Below, piece after piece: positions 35,769-49,021 of a DNA stretch of 64,000 nucleotides. A program made the position numbers and the translations under genes. The notes beneath the pieces were generated by a model. The model ran no database searches. It was not told where the DNA came from and worked only from the letters and a program-made list of their open reading frames with translations. Source of the stretch: Klebsormidium nitens (lineage: Eukaryota > Plantae > Klebsormidiophyceae); contig DF237265.1 in NCBI GenBank assembly GCA_000708835.1, positions 39,986 to 103,985 on the forward strand, written 5' to 3'. Numbering within the stretch: position 1 is the first letter of the stretch; each line of letters begins with the position of its first letter.

Positions 35769-36175
35769 ACGGTCGTCTCGAAGTTCAAAGTCTACCTGAC
35801 CAGAATTTTTTGCGGGTTGACAGCTCATGGTGTTCCTCCGAGATTCTTGGAGCGCAGGTGGCTCAGTGGCTGCGTCTCTGGAGGAGCGACCTCTCCGCTG
35901 ATCTTTCAACGAAGAGCAGCTAGGTCTAAGGTACTAAGGTAGGCTAAGAGACGCTCGAGGACCAGAAGGACGTGTTGCGGTGTTGCTTTGTAAGTTGTCT
36001 TAGGTATCCTCCGGTCAATAGTGTCGTAAGTTTGTAAGCCAGCTCAAGCGGCGCGTTGTGTAGCCACCCATGGCAATGTGAGGTCTATTCTTCACAGGGA
36101 GTTGGTGGGTTGGTGGAGTGCGTTGTACATCAACACTGTAGCAGAGCAGGCGGGGAAGGGTAGCTTATTGGAGCA

Positions 36176-39100
36176 ATGTCTTTCAAAGACCAGTTTCCGG
36201 ACTGGGAGGATTTCCCTTGCGGTCTACGGGTTTTGGTTGTTGAAAATGGGGAAGAAGCTGCAGCAAGCGTTGGTCGGCTCCTCGAAGAGTGTGACTTCCA
36301 TGGTGAGCTAATCGAGTCGCTACTGGCTTGAGGTTTGCTGCAGGGATCCAGGGTTTCTTTGTTGCAAAGTTCTCTGCCGAATTTTGCAGGGTTATGCTTC
36401 GGTGTCAGACCGTGATGTTTTCTTTTTGAAGTGCAATGGCAAGTCACATGTTGTTCAAGTAAGCATCTTGACTTTTAACCACTTCTCACACCTGCTCTCC
36501 TTCGGACAACCGGAAGCTTTCCATTTACAACTTTTATTCAAGATTGACAGCTAGGAGCGTTGGCAATTACGCCACCAAACATACGTGTACCTCAGCAAGA
36601 ATGGGTAATCTGCCTCTATGCTCAACAGTGGTGCTGCCTGCCAGTTGTTGTTGGAAGTCAAGTTGCCTGAAGCTTCCACCCACTAACAAGAAGCTTGAAA
36701 ACGTTGATGTCATGGTTGGCAGCATCGTGTTTTTCGAGCTGACTGTGTGAACCATTCGCTTGTGGGGCTACATTGGCACAGCTGACTTTGGCCGGTTCCT
36801 TGGCTGATGGTCAGGATCTTGTGACTCATCTCACATAATTCGATTTCAAATGCTCCCGCTGCATGCATTCTCTCCAGAGGACCACGTTTTTTGCCCTTTG
36901 AGTGCCCTCGATGGGCAGGGGTAGATGAAAGAGAGCACATAACGACAATATGACAATTTGGTCATTTTGGCTGACCGTCTGCTTGGCGGCACAATCAATG
37001 CAGAAAAGCTTGCGCAGATTCATGGGTTCCCCAAGTTGACGGCACGGTTGGCGTCTCACGTCCGTAGTATCTCAGCGCACCATTGAGCATTGCCATGAAA
37101 GCCAACTCCTCTTGGTGGACCCTCTCGATCAGTTCCTTTCAGAGTACTGTTTCTGATAATGGAGCAGCAAAGAGGAAAGCTCATTACAGCGAAGCGAGCG
37201 CTGTCCCAGTTACAGGAGCTGCTCGTCAGTTCAATTATTGGTCTAAGAAGTGATGACGTGTACCCGCAATGGGGTGGCAAGATGCGACTTCTTTTTGGCT
37301 CTGCTGACTGTTCTGTATTTGGGGTTGTGTGCGCAGCCACCACCGCCTCCAGTGGAGCTCAGGCTCTGTCTACACTGCAGGCGGGGCAAAAACAGTTCCA
37401 TGTTGCGCTGGTCGAGGTAAGCACATGCCGAGTGCCGTGGCCACAACCTCCTTAGTTGCGCTGTTCATCTTGTCGTATATGCACTTAAAGAGGCAGGTCC
37501 GAATGTCAACTCCAGCATCGGGGCAGGAGGTTTGCTGCCAGGTATTGGGGTCGCTGGTTTGCGGTGCTGCAAGTGGAACGGATAGAGCAGAGTTTTGCGG
37601 CTGCTGCTTGCAGTCCTCCAATCGTCCTGCAATGGGAATGCTGCTCTTCACAAGCTTCGTACGTGTACCTGAAATCCAACAAGTCAGGTGCAGTACTTGC
37701 CTGGCGCAGTATTTGCCTAAAACTTGTGTTTCAAATCAGAGTCACAAGGCCATGAAATTGCAAGAAATGGGGCCATTTGTCAAGCACTCTGCTTGACGTG
37801 ACTGCAGAGCTGCAAGTTTCTATGTTTGGTGTCTGCAGGCGACCATGGCGCAAGAAGGGGCAGACGCGTTTGACCTGAAAAAGGCGTCTACTGAATTGCC
37901 CGTCATCTGTGAGTGCTCCGCCTCACTGCATTCTTTGAGCAAGGGTCACTGTCCTGCTCCCTTAGGAAATGGTCACAAGGCCCACTTTGCTTCAGCAGCT
38001 GAGCATGCCTGTAAATTCTCCTCAATAACTGCAGAGCCTCGCTTCCTGCTACTTGTGCTCTCCTGCGCCTGTTGGCACAAGAGCGGTGTACAGTAATCAT
38101 TCTTACAGCAAAGGTTGCAGGGCGCATCTCAACTGAGTCCAGACAGACCTGCGAGCTCTGACCAGTCGTGTCCCTGCAGTGATGTCCGGAGCTGAGAACA
38201 TGCTGCTCATGACACAGTCTGTTACGGTGAGATGCAATGCCGCAGCTCCTAAGCCAGTCTTGATGTCACATTATGTGCAAAAGGCGCGGCATTGTTGCCC
38301 TGCTCTCAACCCATCCCCTTGAGAATGATTGTTTCCCCTGAGCAAGAGCAGCTAGGAACACGTGCCAGCATCAACCGTGTTCCTGTTCGCAAGACCGACA
38401 TGGATGTGCACACTTATCGTGCACAATGTAGCATTCTGACATTGCGTCATGGATTCCTGCAGATGGGAGCAGTTGACTTTGTACAAAAGCCCCTGACTGT
38501 TGACAAGATAAAAGATAGAAACATCTGGATGCACGTAGTTAGAAAGGTGAGCCGCAGCACGTGCAGCCTTACAGCTCTACCAACAGATGACATTTTTGAG
38601 TTTGAGGAGAGACTGGTCTGCTCTTGACTGCCTAATTCCTGACCTCGTCTATCGCCTTCACAATTGTCAAGAGCGGCAAATGTGCAAGGCAGACAGCGGT
38701 GCCAGCTTTTGCAAACCAATGCTCAGAATGTGACTACTAGTAGCTGTGGAGAGGAATTCTTGGAGCAATATCTCCACTCTTCACCTGAAAGGGTTGAGTG
38801 CAGTTGTGCAAATAGCAATGACAATGTTACTGCCTCCATCCCTGGCCCTCCCTGGTGTCCTGCTGCTTGACTGTGCTGTTTCCTTGCTGTTGCCAGGCCC
38901 ATCAAGATGGTGTGAAGTTGGTCAAGCCGGGGCGGGAGGGGTCCAGCCCTCCCCTAAAGGCGGCTCCGCTCATTAAAGTGAAGGAGGAGCCGCACGGGGC
39001 CGAGGATGTTGCCACTAGCTCCGGGGACAACCACTCTGCCAGCCGGGCTCCCGCGTCAGGCGAGCCCCACGAGGGGGCCCTTGAAGGCACCAGCAGCTGC

Positions 39101-41325
39101 GACCGCTGTGCAGGCACCCCTGCCCCGACCAAGGTCAAAACTGAGCATGAGGCGTCCCCCATCTCTAGTTCCCCTCAGAACTCGGACATCACTAATGTTG
39201 CGGCAGTGAAGAGCGAGGCCGAGGATTCGGATACCCAGCGCTCGCCAGGGGGCAATGGCGAGTTCAGTTTCCGGGAAGGGGGGGACGGCTTTGATGGATT
39301 TGGAATCTACGACCAGAACGGGCTGATCGATGTCAAGCTGGAGTTGGACGGCGCGGACTGCCTGGGAGGGGCGGTCGTGGACGCGGACGGGCATGTCGAC
39401 GGCGACCTGTGTCTCGCTGACAGCTTCCTGCCACTAGACACGCTGGAGCTGAACCTGGACCCCATGGGGGGGGGCGAGATCCACAATCGGGAGCTGGAGG
39501 AAGAGGACGCGCGCATGCTGGCAGAGATGGCGTGCATCGCAGAGGACAGCCCCGACAGCTGCGCAGGGCCGGGGCCGTACTCGGAGCACTCGGGAGATGG
39601 GAGCTTGATGCGGCACGACAGCCTGATCAGCTTTGACGGGTCGGGGCAGAGCGACGGCGAGACGGGGCACGAGAGCGACGGGACGGGGGGCAAGAGCGAG
39701 CGGTGCAGCAAGCGCAGCAAAAAGATGGACTGGTCGCCGGAGATGCACCGGCGGTTTGTGGACGCAGTGGAGAAGATTGGGGTGGACAAGGCCATCCCGT
39801 CCAAGATCCTGGACCACATGGGGGTCACCAACCTGACGCGCCACAACGTGGCCAGCCACCTCCAGGTGAGCACACCGCGGGACCCCTTGCAATTAGAACA
39901 CCCGCGTTCAGCTTATGTTGATCTACTCCCCTCTTACCTCTATTGGCAATCTGTTGCCAGGCCTGCCTTTCTACCCCCTGAGCTACTGCAGAATCGCTTC
40001 TCTGTATTGGTGGGTTGAGTTTATCCTTTTTGGTTGCAATTGTGGGTAAACGATTGTAATGAAGCTTAAAGCGTTGCTAATTCACTGGGTTGCTGGTCCA
40101 TTGCGTGCTTTGGCGTGTGCTTGCACCGCGTGTTGATGCGCAGTGTGTGTATCTGCAGAAGTACCGCACTCATCGCAAGCACATGCTGCAGTCCAAGGAG
40201 GGCGAGGCCACCAACTGGGCGCGGCGCCCCGCCGAGTCTGCCCAGTGGACGCGCGCGCGCCGTGACGGCACTGCCTGGCTCGGCGTCTCCTCCCACCAGC
40301 CCCCCATCCAACCACGCCCCGCGCAGATTGCGCTCCCCCCCCTCCACTCTGGGCCCCCTATGGGTCCCCCCCTGCACGTGTGGGGCCACCCGACAATGGA
40401 CCACAATGGGGGACACATGTGGCATGCGCCGCACATGGGCATGCCCTCCCCCCCCTGGATGGGGGCGGACGGCATGCCGTGGCAGCATGGGGAGACGTGG
40501 GGCCACCCAACGGCGCCGCACCTGGCGGGAGGGTGGCCGCACGGGCCACCACTGATGATGAAGGGGGGTATGCACCCAGCCCCAGGGAGCCCTTGGGTGC
40601 ACCCCCCGCCGCTCATGATCAAGATGGGGCCAGGGCAAGGTGCGTGGGATGGTTGTCCGGAATGGCCTACTGTGCGAGCCTTGTTTGAAATCTTCTTATT
40701 CTTCCTCTCACTCGATGCTGGCTCCCAAAAGGTGCTCTTGCTAGGCGTTTGATGGTCCTCCGCGACGGAGAACGCCGTTTTCATGCTAAGGGCTTCCCAC
40801 GTTCCCTTGCAACGGTTTGTCCGTCCCTTGACATTCCTGCGAAGGCGTCCTGACGCGGCTGTGCTGTTTGTTTGCAGGGGGCGGCCCCGAGGACGGCCTG
40901 GCCCTGCCCATGTACCCCCTGCACCCCATGCAGCACTCCAACGTGGCAGCCGCCGCCACCGCGGCCGCCATGCAGGGGCCGCCAGAGCTGAACCCGGTGA
41001 GAAAAGCAGAGCGACTTCAGCAGCAGCTATGCCGGGCCTCTTTACGTATGTCGCATGTGCATGAATCAGGACTCAAAAAGGCTGGTGGATGATATCGAGA
41101 AGGATTGTGGAGCCGTTCCTGCTGCTCTGCTGCCCCCTCGCGCGTCCCCGCCCTGACCGGTGCGCTGTTTCGCTGGTGCAGCCGAAGGAGATTCTGGACG
41201 CGGCCATCAGCGAGGCCCTGGCCAACCCGTACAGCTCTCTGCCCTTGGGGCTGAACCCCCCCTCCATGGAGGGAGTGCTGGCCGAGCTCCAAAAGAACGG
41301 AGACGGCATGGACATCCATTGGTAG
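36176..41325 (+). CDS. APRR2: APRR2/PRR2-like pseudo-response regulator: N-terminal receiver-like domain, GLK-type GARP/Myb domain and C-terminal GCT box; 9 exons
   Basis: Exon 1 (36176-36302) [24 protein letters not shown]. Exon 2 (37337-37416) ends FHVALVE. Later exons give LPVILMS and [11 protein letters not shown]...NIWMHVVRK, Myb [20 protein letters not shown]...[10 protein letters not shown]|[13 protein letters not shown], and GCT box [38 protein letters not shown]. Phases are consistent. Confidence 0.9.
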
Positions 41326-43335
41326 GGACCACTCGACCGCCGGGCCGGTGGAGGGGAGGCCTTCCGCCGGCGCCGGCAAGAGTTGTCCCGCATTTGGGCG
41401 GCAGCTGAAACCCCGCGTGGAACACTACAGCAGTGCACGTTGCTGATGTTGGTGTTGAAGATTTTGGGGGCGGTCTTTGGGGGGGGGAGCTGAACGCGCG
41501 CGTTGCCCTCTTAGCTGTGTTTGTGTTGCATAGGAGACGTCGTAAATGAAAACCTTAAAAAAAAGAGAACGGATGATAGATAGAAAGGGAAGACTCTGGG
41601 GAACCAAGTGCCCCCTTATTCCGTTGCCCACTCGGTCAAAGTGGAAGTGCTGTCCTTGGCAAGCCTGAAGGACTGGGCTCCGTTCGCGTATGCACAACGT
41701 CGTGCCTCTATGCCCTAAAAAGTACCATAGCAGCGAGCCCAGTTCGAGGAAGTGCTTAGTGTATACTACAAGCTTGGGAGGTAGGACTGCTAGCAGGAGC
41801 TGAACAGAGCCAGAGCTCTAGATCTGCTCTTGATTTTCGGGTCCCCCTCGTTCCTCAAGTTCAGTCGAAGAATTCTTTAGCCTTAGACTTGGACAGCACT
41901 AGAATGTGGCAGTTGCCCAAGGGTGCAGCCTCATTGGTAGTTCCCAAAAATTGGCTGTCCGGCTCATGTGAGCTAGACCGTACCGTAGAGGGGTAGCTGT
42001 AGGACAATTTTGCAGCGCGATGCTCTTTATTAGGAGCATTATTCAGCAAGGTGCAGGGTGGTTCCGAGCAGGCTGGAGAGTGGCTGCACACAGAGTCCAC
42101 AAACTTCAATTTTGGTTCCTTGAAGACTCTTTCCCTTGCAAGTTTACTTTGTACTGTTCACTTATACCTCTTTAAAGATTTACAGGGCCATTTCAATCAA
42201 TCATTGATCGACTTGAAACGATATTTGATGGACTCGAGTTATACAGAACCACCTCAAACTTCCGACAGCTTTATAGTGCATATATTTGGATGTCTCAGTC
42301 AACCGGACTCACACCGACTCATATCTTAAATTGTATGCGCACAATCTATTTTACACACCGGACTCGGAGACGTATACTAATATGCATATGCTCATGAACG
42401 TTGCATACGTTGATATATATCGGCCTGATCCCTGCATGCGCACAGATCGGGAGTCCCCGGATATATTAACATGATAATTGTCATCTTCAACTTTGCATGA
42501 TCTGGCAATGATGCCAGCATGCTCGCGCGAGCTCGAATCGTGAATATTATTGGAGATCGTCGGATTGAATTGCAGGCTGTAGCGCTTTATAATATTTGTA
42601 TGCAAGATATCCGAGCTTTCCAGTAGCGCAGGCGAGATCTTCTATCAGGCAGTTATGCTGCATGATCCGAGTCTTGTGTCCAACGACGTGCAAGCATAAT
42701 GCGCGCATTGCGGGATCCGATCGTCAAAAGTCAACTTGGAATATGCATAGTATGGTCGGAATGGGTGCCTAATGTATAAGAATTATACAGGCCGCATCCG
42801 ACCATTATGCAATATGCAAGACTCAGTCGGGTTGAACATTCGACATTGAGATGCAGTCAAGGGTCCAGGATGTGATAGCCGGAGATTGATCTGCAGGACC
42901 AACGATAGCGCATTGGACATCACTGCAAACGACCAACAATCTACTAAGTGCCATTTACCGTCACTAGTTCGGGCTAGGCGCCAGGAGGTGGCCTGCCCCA
43001 AGGACCAAAATCGTCTACGGCAAGACCAAGCCACGGCGTAGATGCAATCCAAGCATGTGTAGCCTAGTGCACCCTTTGACCCTGGCTGGCCTTTCAGTAT
43101 GAATCAAAGGCGGTTTAATTGAGGAGTACTTACTCGACCATCAACTTTGAAGGGACTCACCTCCATAATCCTGGCTGTTGCGAGCTTCACCTTCCTACAC
43201 AATCGTATTCACTATCTAACTGTACATGACCAATCCTTGTGTCCCCAGGGAGAATCCTTGGGGAAAACCAAGACCAAAATTGAGGTGCGCGCCGTAGAAG
43301 TGGATCATAAAGCATTCCAACTTTATTCCGCTTGA

Positions 43336-44777
43336 TTACTTGCTAACACTGATTCCGTGTTTGTTCAGGTAGGCCGTAGCAACCCGAATATCCTGCAAGA
43401 CGTGGGCTCAGCGACGTTAGCTTTCTGCTTTTTGAACGGCAGGGGTTCTCAGGCCGTACAGATCGCCGTGCACAGCACGGCTGGGGATAGTTCTCCACGC
43501 CGTGCAGGTTGGACAGCCCCGGTGACTAAAGCTTCCGGCCCATTGTCCCGCTGGCAGTGGCTGGGCACTTTTAGCTTCGTCTCAAACTCACTCGAAAGAT
43601 CGTTTTCCAACAGTCCTTCTCGATGTATAAAGCATGGGAGCTCAGGGCTCGTCAGTCGGCCAACTCCTGCAGCCCTTGAACAGGACGTAGCTTGATTCCA
43701 CTAGCCGATGGAAGTATTCAACAGTTCAGATTGTCCAACCGGAAACCATGGTGCTTCAATTTCGACCGTTCGCAAGCTTCTCAAGGGGAATCTTGGTAGC
43801 AGATCCCAGAATTGCAGAGTGCCAGCTTCGTATAGGGACGCCGGAGTTCTCAAATGACTGAACCCGCCCAGACAAATGCCGGAAGCAGTTTACGGTGGCA
43901 GGCTCTTGGCAATCTGAATTGGCGGAAACGAAACTTCAGTGGCTCAGGCGAAGTCTTTGGCTCAGGGCTCCCAGCTGCACGCCCGGGCAAGGCTGCTGCC
44001 CATTCGAGCGGAGCCCGCCGTGCAGAAAGCACACCCGGAAAAATACTGCTAGAACCCCTGGATAATGGTATCATTAGTTGCTCGCCTCGTTGTTGCGTTC
44101 AAGGCTTCCTTCGGTGCGTAGAGCGTCCGGGATGTTGGAGGCCAAAACAAGGAAGACCACAAAGAAGGTCGGCCTCAAAAGAACCGTTTCCCACAAATTT
44201 AGTGCTTGAGGGTGCCAGTATGCCACGTTTCACTTTTCTTTTCATGTGGCGTTTGATATGCCCGGAAGAACTGTTGAGAGCCAAAGGGACTCACCTTTTG
44301 AAGCTTCTCTGCCTCATCAGGACAGGCAGGGAAGAACATGATCTCGTAGCCAACGACGCTGAGGGAGTAGCAACCGAACACCACCAGTGCCCAGATGGGG
44401 AGCTACAAGGATTGGACGAGACACCATCACTTCAACCAACATTTCAAACCACTGTGGCTGTCTTCATCAAGGATATGAGATGTGAGGCAGGGGGCAAGCC
44501 ACCACACTACGCAGTTACTTGGGTCTCAGAAGGAGTGCGCATATTGTTCATTGACAACAAACAGGCAAACTCTTCTTCCCCAGCTTGCCCCACAAAGTAG
44601 ACAAGCACTTAAAGGACTGCTTTCTACAGGACTTCTGTCCGTGGAAAATGCGTGGCTGCTTTTGCTCACTGCTTGGATCACCCCGCGCTGCGCTTCACTC
44701 AGGTCGGCCTGCAGCGCCGCCACCCACAGCGCAGCTATCGCCGAGCCCCAGCCAAGCCACGTCCAAACTCGTCGCAT
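43336..44777 (-). CDS. DPM3: Dolichol-phosphate mannose synthase subunit 3, 90 aa; exons 44670-44777, 44295-44402, 43336-43392
   Basis: MRRVWTWLGWGSAIAALWVAALQADLSEAQRGVIQA|LPIWALVVFGCYSLSVVGYEIMFFPACPDEAEKLQK|DIRVATAYLNKHGISVSK* has two TM segments plus the LP..lvv.GCY.L..vG...m.FP.CP.EA..LQ.dI signature of DPM3. AATAAA lies just downstream (43322-43327). Confidence 0.92.
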
Positions 44778-46134
44778 CCTGGCACCTGGAAGGTTACCTT
44801 CTAACAGCCTGAGACGAGCGTACCATGGGCTTTGCCTCAAGGGTACTCTAGGTGAGGACGCGCGTTTAGAATCAAGCTCGAATTGCAAAAGCGGGACTTA
44901 GAACGTTCTTGCGCAGCAGTCCAGACCTGGTACACAAGATAGACATACGGAAGAAGCAGATATTCGCAACATTTTGTCTCCATGATGCTCTGGGGTGTGT
45001 GATGGTATTCTCTCACCTTGTGGACTTGTGCAGTCGCTACTCCTTACTAGCACTTTCCAGGTCACATAGGGCACAAAACTTCATCATGAGGAGCTCATCC
45101 TTGTAAATGAACCTGCGCACGAGCTTTGATCTATCGAATATTTGTACAGTGCGTGTCGGCACTTTTAGCGGTTTGTTTGTGATCTAAACAATGATAATTG
45201 GATTGGCACCACTCACAACAGCTACCTAGTCACTTATATCCGTGTGCGCCTTCCTTCACACCTGATAGGTCAGGGTGGCCTTCGATGCCTTAGCCCCAAC
45301 ACAAAAAGCACCCCTTAGCCTGCTGAGGCGCAATGAACCAACTCAGGCTATTCACAGAAATTGCTCTTGCTTCAAATGCGGACTTATGCGGCCTGCACTT
45401 CCGCCATTCATCTCGAGTAAACCGTATACATGGTGCAGCAGTACCAGTATACCGGTATAGCCAAGATACTAGTACCGGTACTGTAGACTGTAGAACTGTG
45501 CTGTCTCGCACTCCCCGGCAGAAAGGTTTTCACGACGCGAGTTTGTGTAACCAAACGTGAGCGTTGGCGAATAGAGGGCCTTAACCCACCTTCAAGGTGA
45601 CCTTGACAGAGGTGATAAGTACGATGGTATTGAAACCGTCGATTCCCAATGTATGCAATCTGAGCGGATGTCATCCATCTAGAGTTGTTTCTCTTCGAAC
45701 TAAGGTCACGGGTATTATTAAATATTGTCCTCTCAAGAGTCAAGGCTCAGCCTCATGCACATTGCAGACTGGCATAAATGATACCGGTAAACCGGATTCT
45801 AGGATACCGGAACCGCTTCAGCTTAGTCCGGAAACCATGCAATCTGCAACCCGCTGCAAGATCAGATCAGGGTTCACTACAGGTGCTTGCAGCGCAGCTT
45901 GGGCGGCTCCTCAGGCTCCAGGGCTCCTCCTTCAGACGACTCCCTTGGTATGATCTAGCATTGATACGTAGCTAGATTGATAGGCGTGTGAGGATCCTGG
46001 ATAGGCGCTGTGCTGGCGGATAAGTCGTAGCCCCAAAGGACAGGATACCAGCGGCCAGTGCTCCCGAGGTTTATGCTTCTGCAACGTGCAAGTGGGCAAT
46101 CTGGAAAGGCAATTTTGCACACTAGTCTTGCAGG

Positions 46135-47887
46135 ATGGCAGAAGGAAGTAAGGGAGGAATTCAGCAGCTTTTGGCAGCAGAGCAGGAAGCTCAAAAGATT
46201 GTCGCTGCTGCAAGGGCAGGTAAGATCCTCAAGGAAACCAACAACCAAGGGTCAATTGGCTTGCTGTGGCATCATTGTTGCCGGGCTGGGTGCATTGAAT
46301 TGCCTTAGCTGTGAACTTCATGGCCTTCAGATGACCTTGCTCTTCTTGCAATTCCTGGAAGGATCCAATCTCCTGGACCATCTCATTGAAATCAATCAAT
46401 GTACTCCGCTATCTAGAAATTTCTGTGTACATGCTCATTGTTTGTTATGCACAGCTGCAATCATAGATTGTCCTATGTGATTTTGAGATTTGATGAGAGC
46501 AGTGATATTTGTGCGGATCACTGTTTTTGCTTCGTCTAGATTCCAGGAGGTAAGCTCACTAAAAGTTATTCTGGATTATCAGAAGCACAATTCTCAGCTT
46601 TTCAGGCGGCTGTCAAGAGATTGATCACTGTCAGATGAGCCCTCAGTCTGGAAAAGATATGATCCTTCAAAGTTCCAGAACATGAGATACTTTCACGTTT
46701 AGTGCAGACATAAGTCCCAAACCACTTTGTGGATAATCTCATGTGCAAGGATTGCCGGTTATCGGCTGGCAAGGTCAAATTGTTTGATGCCATTATCCAG
46801 GCACATCAAACAGGCATTATACGTCGAAGACTTTCCTATGATTGAATCCCTGTATTGGCTGATGCATTAGGTGACTGTCTTTCGTGACCGTCCTGAATTC
46901 TGACGTCTTGCCGTAAGGGGCTACTTTATGTTTTTTGTTGTGATCTTGCTAGAACCTCGATATAAATTGCTCTCTTGCCCTGCAAAGTATTGTGCCGACA
47001 CTTCAATCAATCAATTTCTCTTTGATTTCAAAGATAGGGCGCTAAGACAAAGCTGACAGGATTCCCTGCTTCAATGGATCCCGCGCTGAACAGAACCAGA
47101 TCTTATTTTGTGCAGCAAAAACTGCAAGACTGAGGCAAGCAAAGGAGGAAGCTGAACGAGAAGTTGGCCGGTACCGGGCGCAAAGAGAAGAGGAGTTCCG
47201 CAAGAAGTTGGCTGATGTGAGGCTTACTCTTCTGCAAACTTGTGATGATGTCATGCTTTTCCAGCTCAAACCAATTCATTGAAGATGGGAACTTGGGAAC
47301 CATTGCTGCCACTCACTACTTCTTCCTTGCACTTTTCAGCGGCAGAACCGCAGCTTTTTTGCACCAGATTGTAAGTGCTGATTTGCGAACCCACAACTGT
47401 TCTCCTAAGTATAAACACATTTCTTTTTCTTCAACAGACCTCTGGAGACTCGGGAGCAAATGTAAAGCGTCTTGATGTTGAAACTAAGGAGAAGATAGCG
47501 ACATTGCAAAAGGAAGCACAGTCGAAGGGACCTGAGGTGAGCTCTATGTGGCCTTCTCTCCTCCATTTGAGATTCCTTCTGAACTCTTTTTTTGTTTCTA
47601 CAGTTCGCTTTTGTTTATGCTGTTCTTTTCTCCATACTTTGAGGGGACTCCTTGTTAGCAGTGATTGAATCCCCAACGTTGATTGACGGATTTATCCTTC
47701 TATCATTGAATTATTCATAGTGGGTGCTTATGCAATTGTTCGAGCTTCAGATACTGCAAATCTCCTGGAAGAACTCTTTCTGTATAATCTGAGATGAGAT
47801 ACTTACTCTTTGGATTGAATGATACGAATCTCTCTTTTGCAGGTTGTTGATATGCTACTAAAGTTCGTGACCACTTTGAAGACTTGA
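46135..47887 (+). CDS. VHA-G: V-type H+-ATPase subunit G; exons 46135-46219, 47116-47216, 47438-47536, 47843-47887
   Basis: [62 protein letters not shown]|[16 protein letters not shown]...|[14 protein letters not shown] is the canonical VHA-G sequence. Confidence 0.96.
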
Positions 47888-49021
47888 GCCGGCTGGGAAT
47901 CTCAATCGCTTCTGCAATATTGGTGCTCCCCTCTTTTCCCTTTCTTTTGTATAGTTTTGATTTATGGCAACATCTGATCAGACTTTTCCTGAAGGACATG
48001 GACAATATAAAGTCAAAGTATTTGCATGAAACCATGGACTCTGTCTCCGTTTAGGACTGTCACGGCACCGCTCCCTATAATATGCATATTCAAAGGTGAA
48101 CATCCATTATGCAAGTTGAACCCGCCTCGCTTGTTCTAATCATAACATTGATATATGATACAACTTAGCGTTTATGAATTAGGACTCGGATGATTCAGCC
48201 TAGCAACCGTGCGATACAACGCCAACTTGGACCACGTTCAATAACCCGGCTAATACAAAAGCAAGTAAGGAATATACGTATCCATCTTTTTGGACGATCC
48301 GGGCCACATGTCAGGGTAAGTGATCGACGGTGAGACTCAACATGGTGGCGGCCACCCAATCCCCGTTTCAACCTCAGGGGCCCGGCCTGGCCCTATCCGA
48401 TTGGCCCCAGGCCTCGTCACTACGAGGCCCGCATCGTAATACGGACAAACTTTGTCATGATCAGTGTGTCAATATGCACCGTCGATCTCCGCTCACCCGG
48501 AGCTTCTTTGCTGAAGTCCATTGCGGGGATATTGCATGCATTGAAACGCAGGCCCCATGTACTACATGGGGCCCGTTTACATGCCAGCGGCACGATTAAT
48601 TCCAGTAGTACTGGAATTAATCGTGCCGCACAATCATGGCATATGGACAACAACGTTCGCCAATTGCTGTTCGACTGCCACCGCCATGGCTCATGTAATT
48701 GAACTGCTATACTACCGTCCTAAGTCAGATCGAAGTGCAGATACACATGACGGTCTAGTACACATGATTGACATTTGATTGGATGCGCATCCGCACGCGG
48801 CCAGTGGCAGCTTATCATTAGTAGGCATGTTTTGATTGCGTTGGGACTCGATCAGCTAGCTATAATCAATATTCAATAGTTTCGAGAATCATGATGCATC
48901 GGTGCCTTGAACTGGGGCGCGGCGGCCTCGGACCCGCGCCTCAGTGCCGCGCCTATACTATATGCAGTAGTGCATGTTGAGCTAGCGAGTCGCATCAGCA
49001 CTGGCATTCAGTGCGCCACCC

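Noticed and set aside
43854-44600. 248-aa plus-strand ORF
   Set aside because: It overlaps DPM3 exon 2 and introns on the opposite strand and has no recognisable domain.
45037-45087. Possible uORF MMKFCALCDLESASKE in a putative DPM3 5' UTR exon
   Set aside because: The UTR structure is only guessed from splice-like words, with no transcript or conservation evidence.
48410-48429. GC-rich hairpin GGCCTCGT-CACT-ACGAGGCC as a Helitron 3' end
   Set aside because: No CTRR terminus at the expected distance on either strand.
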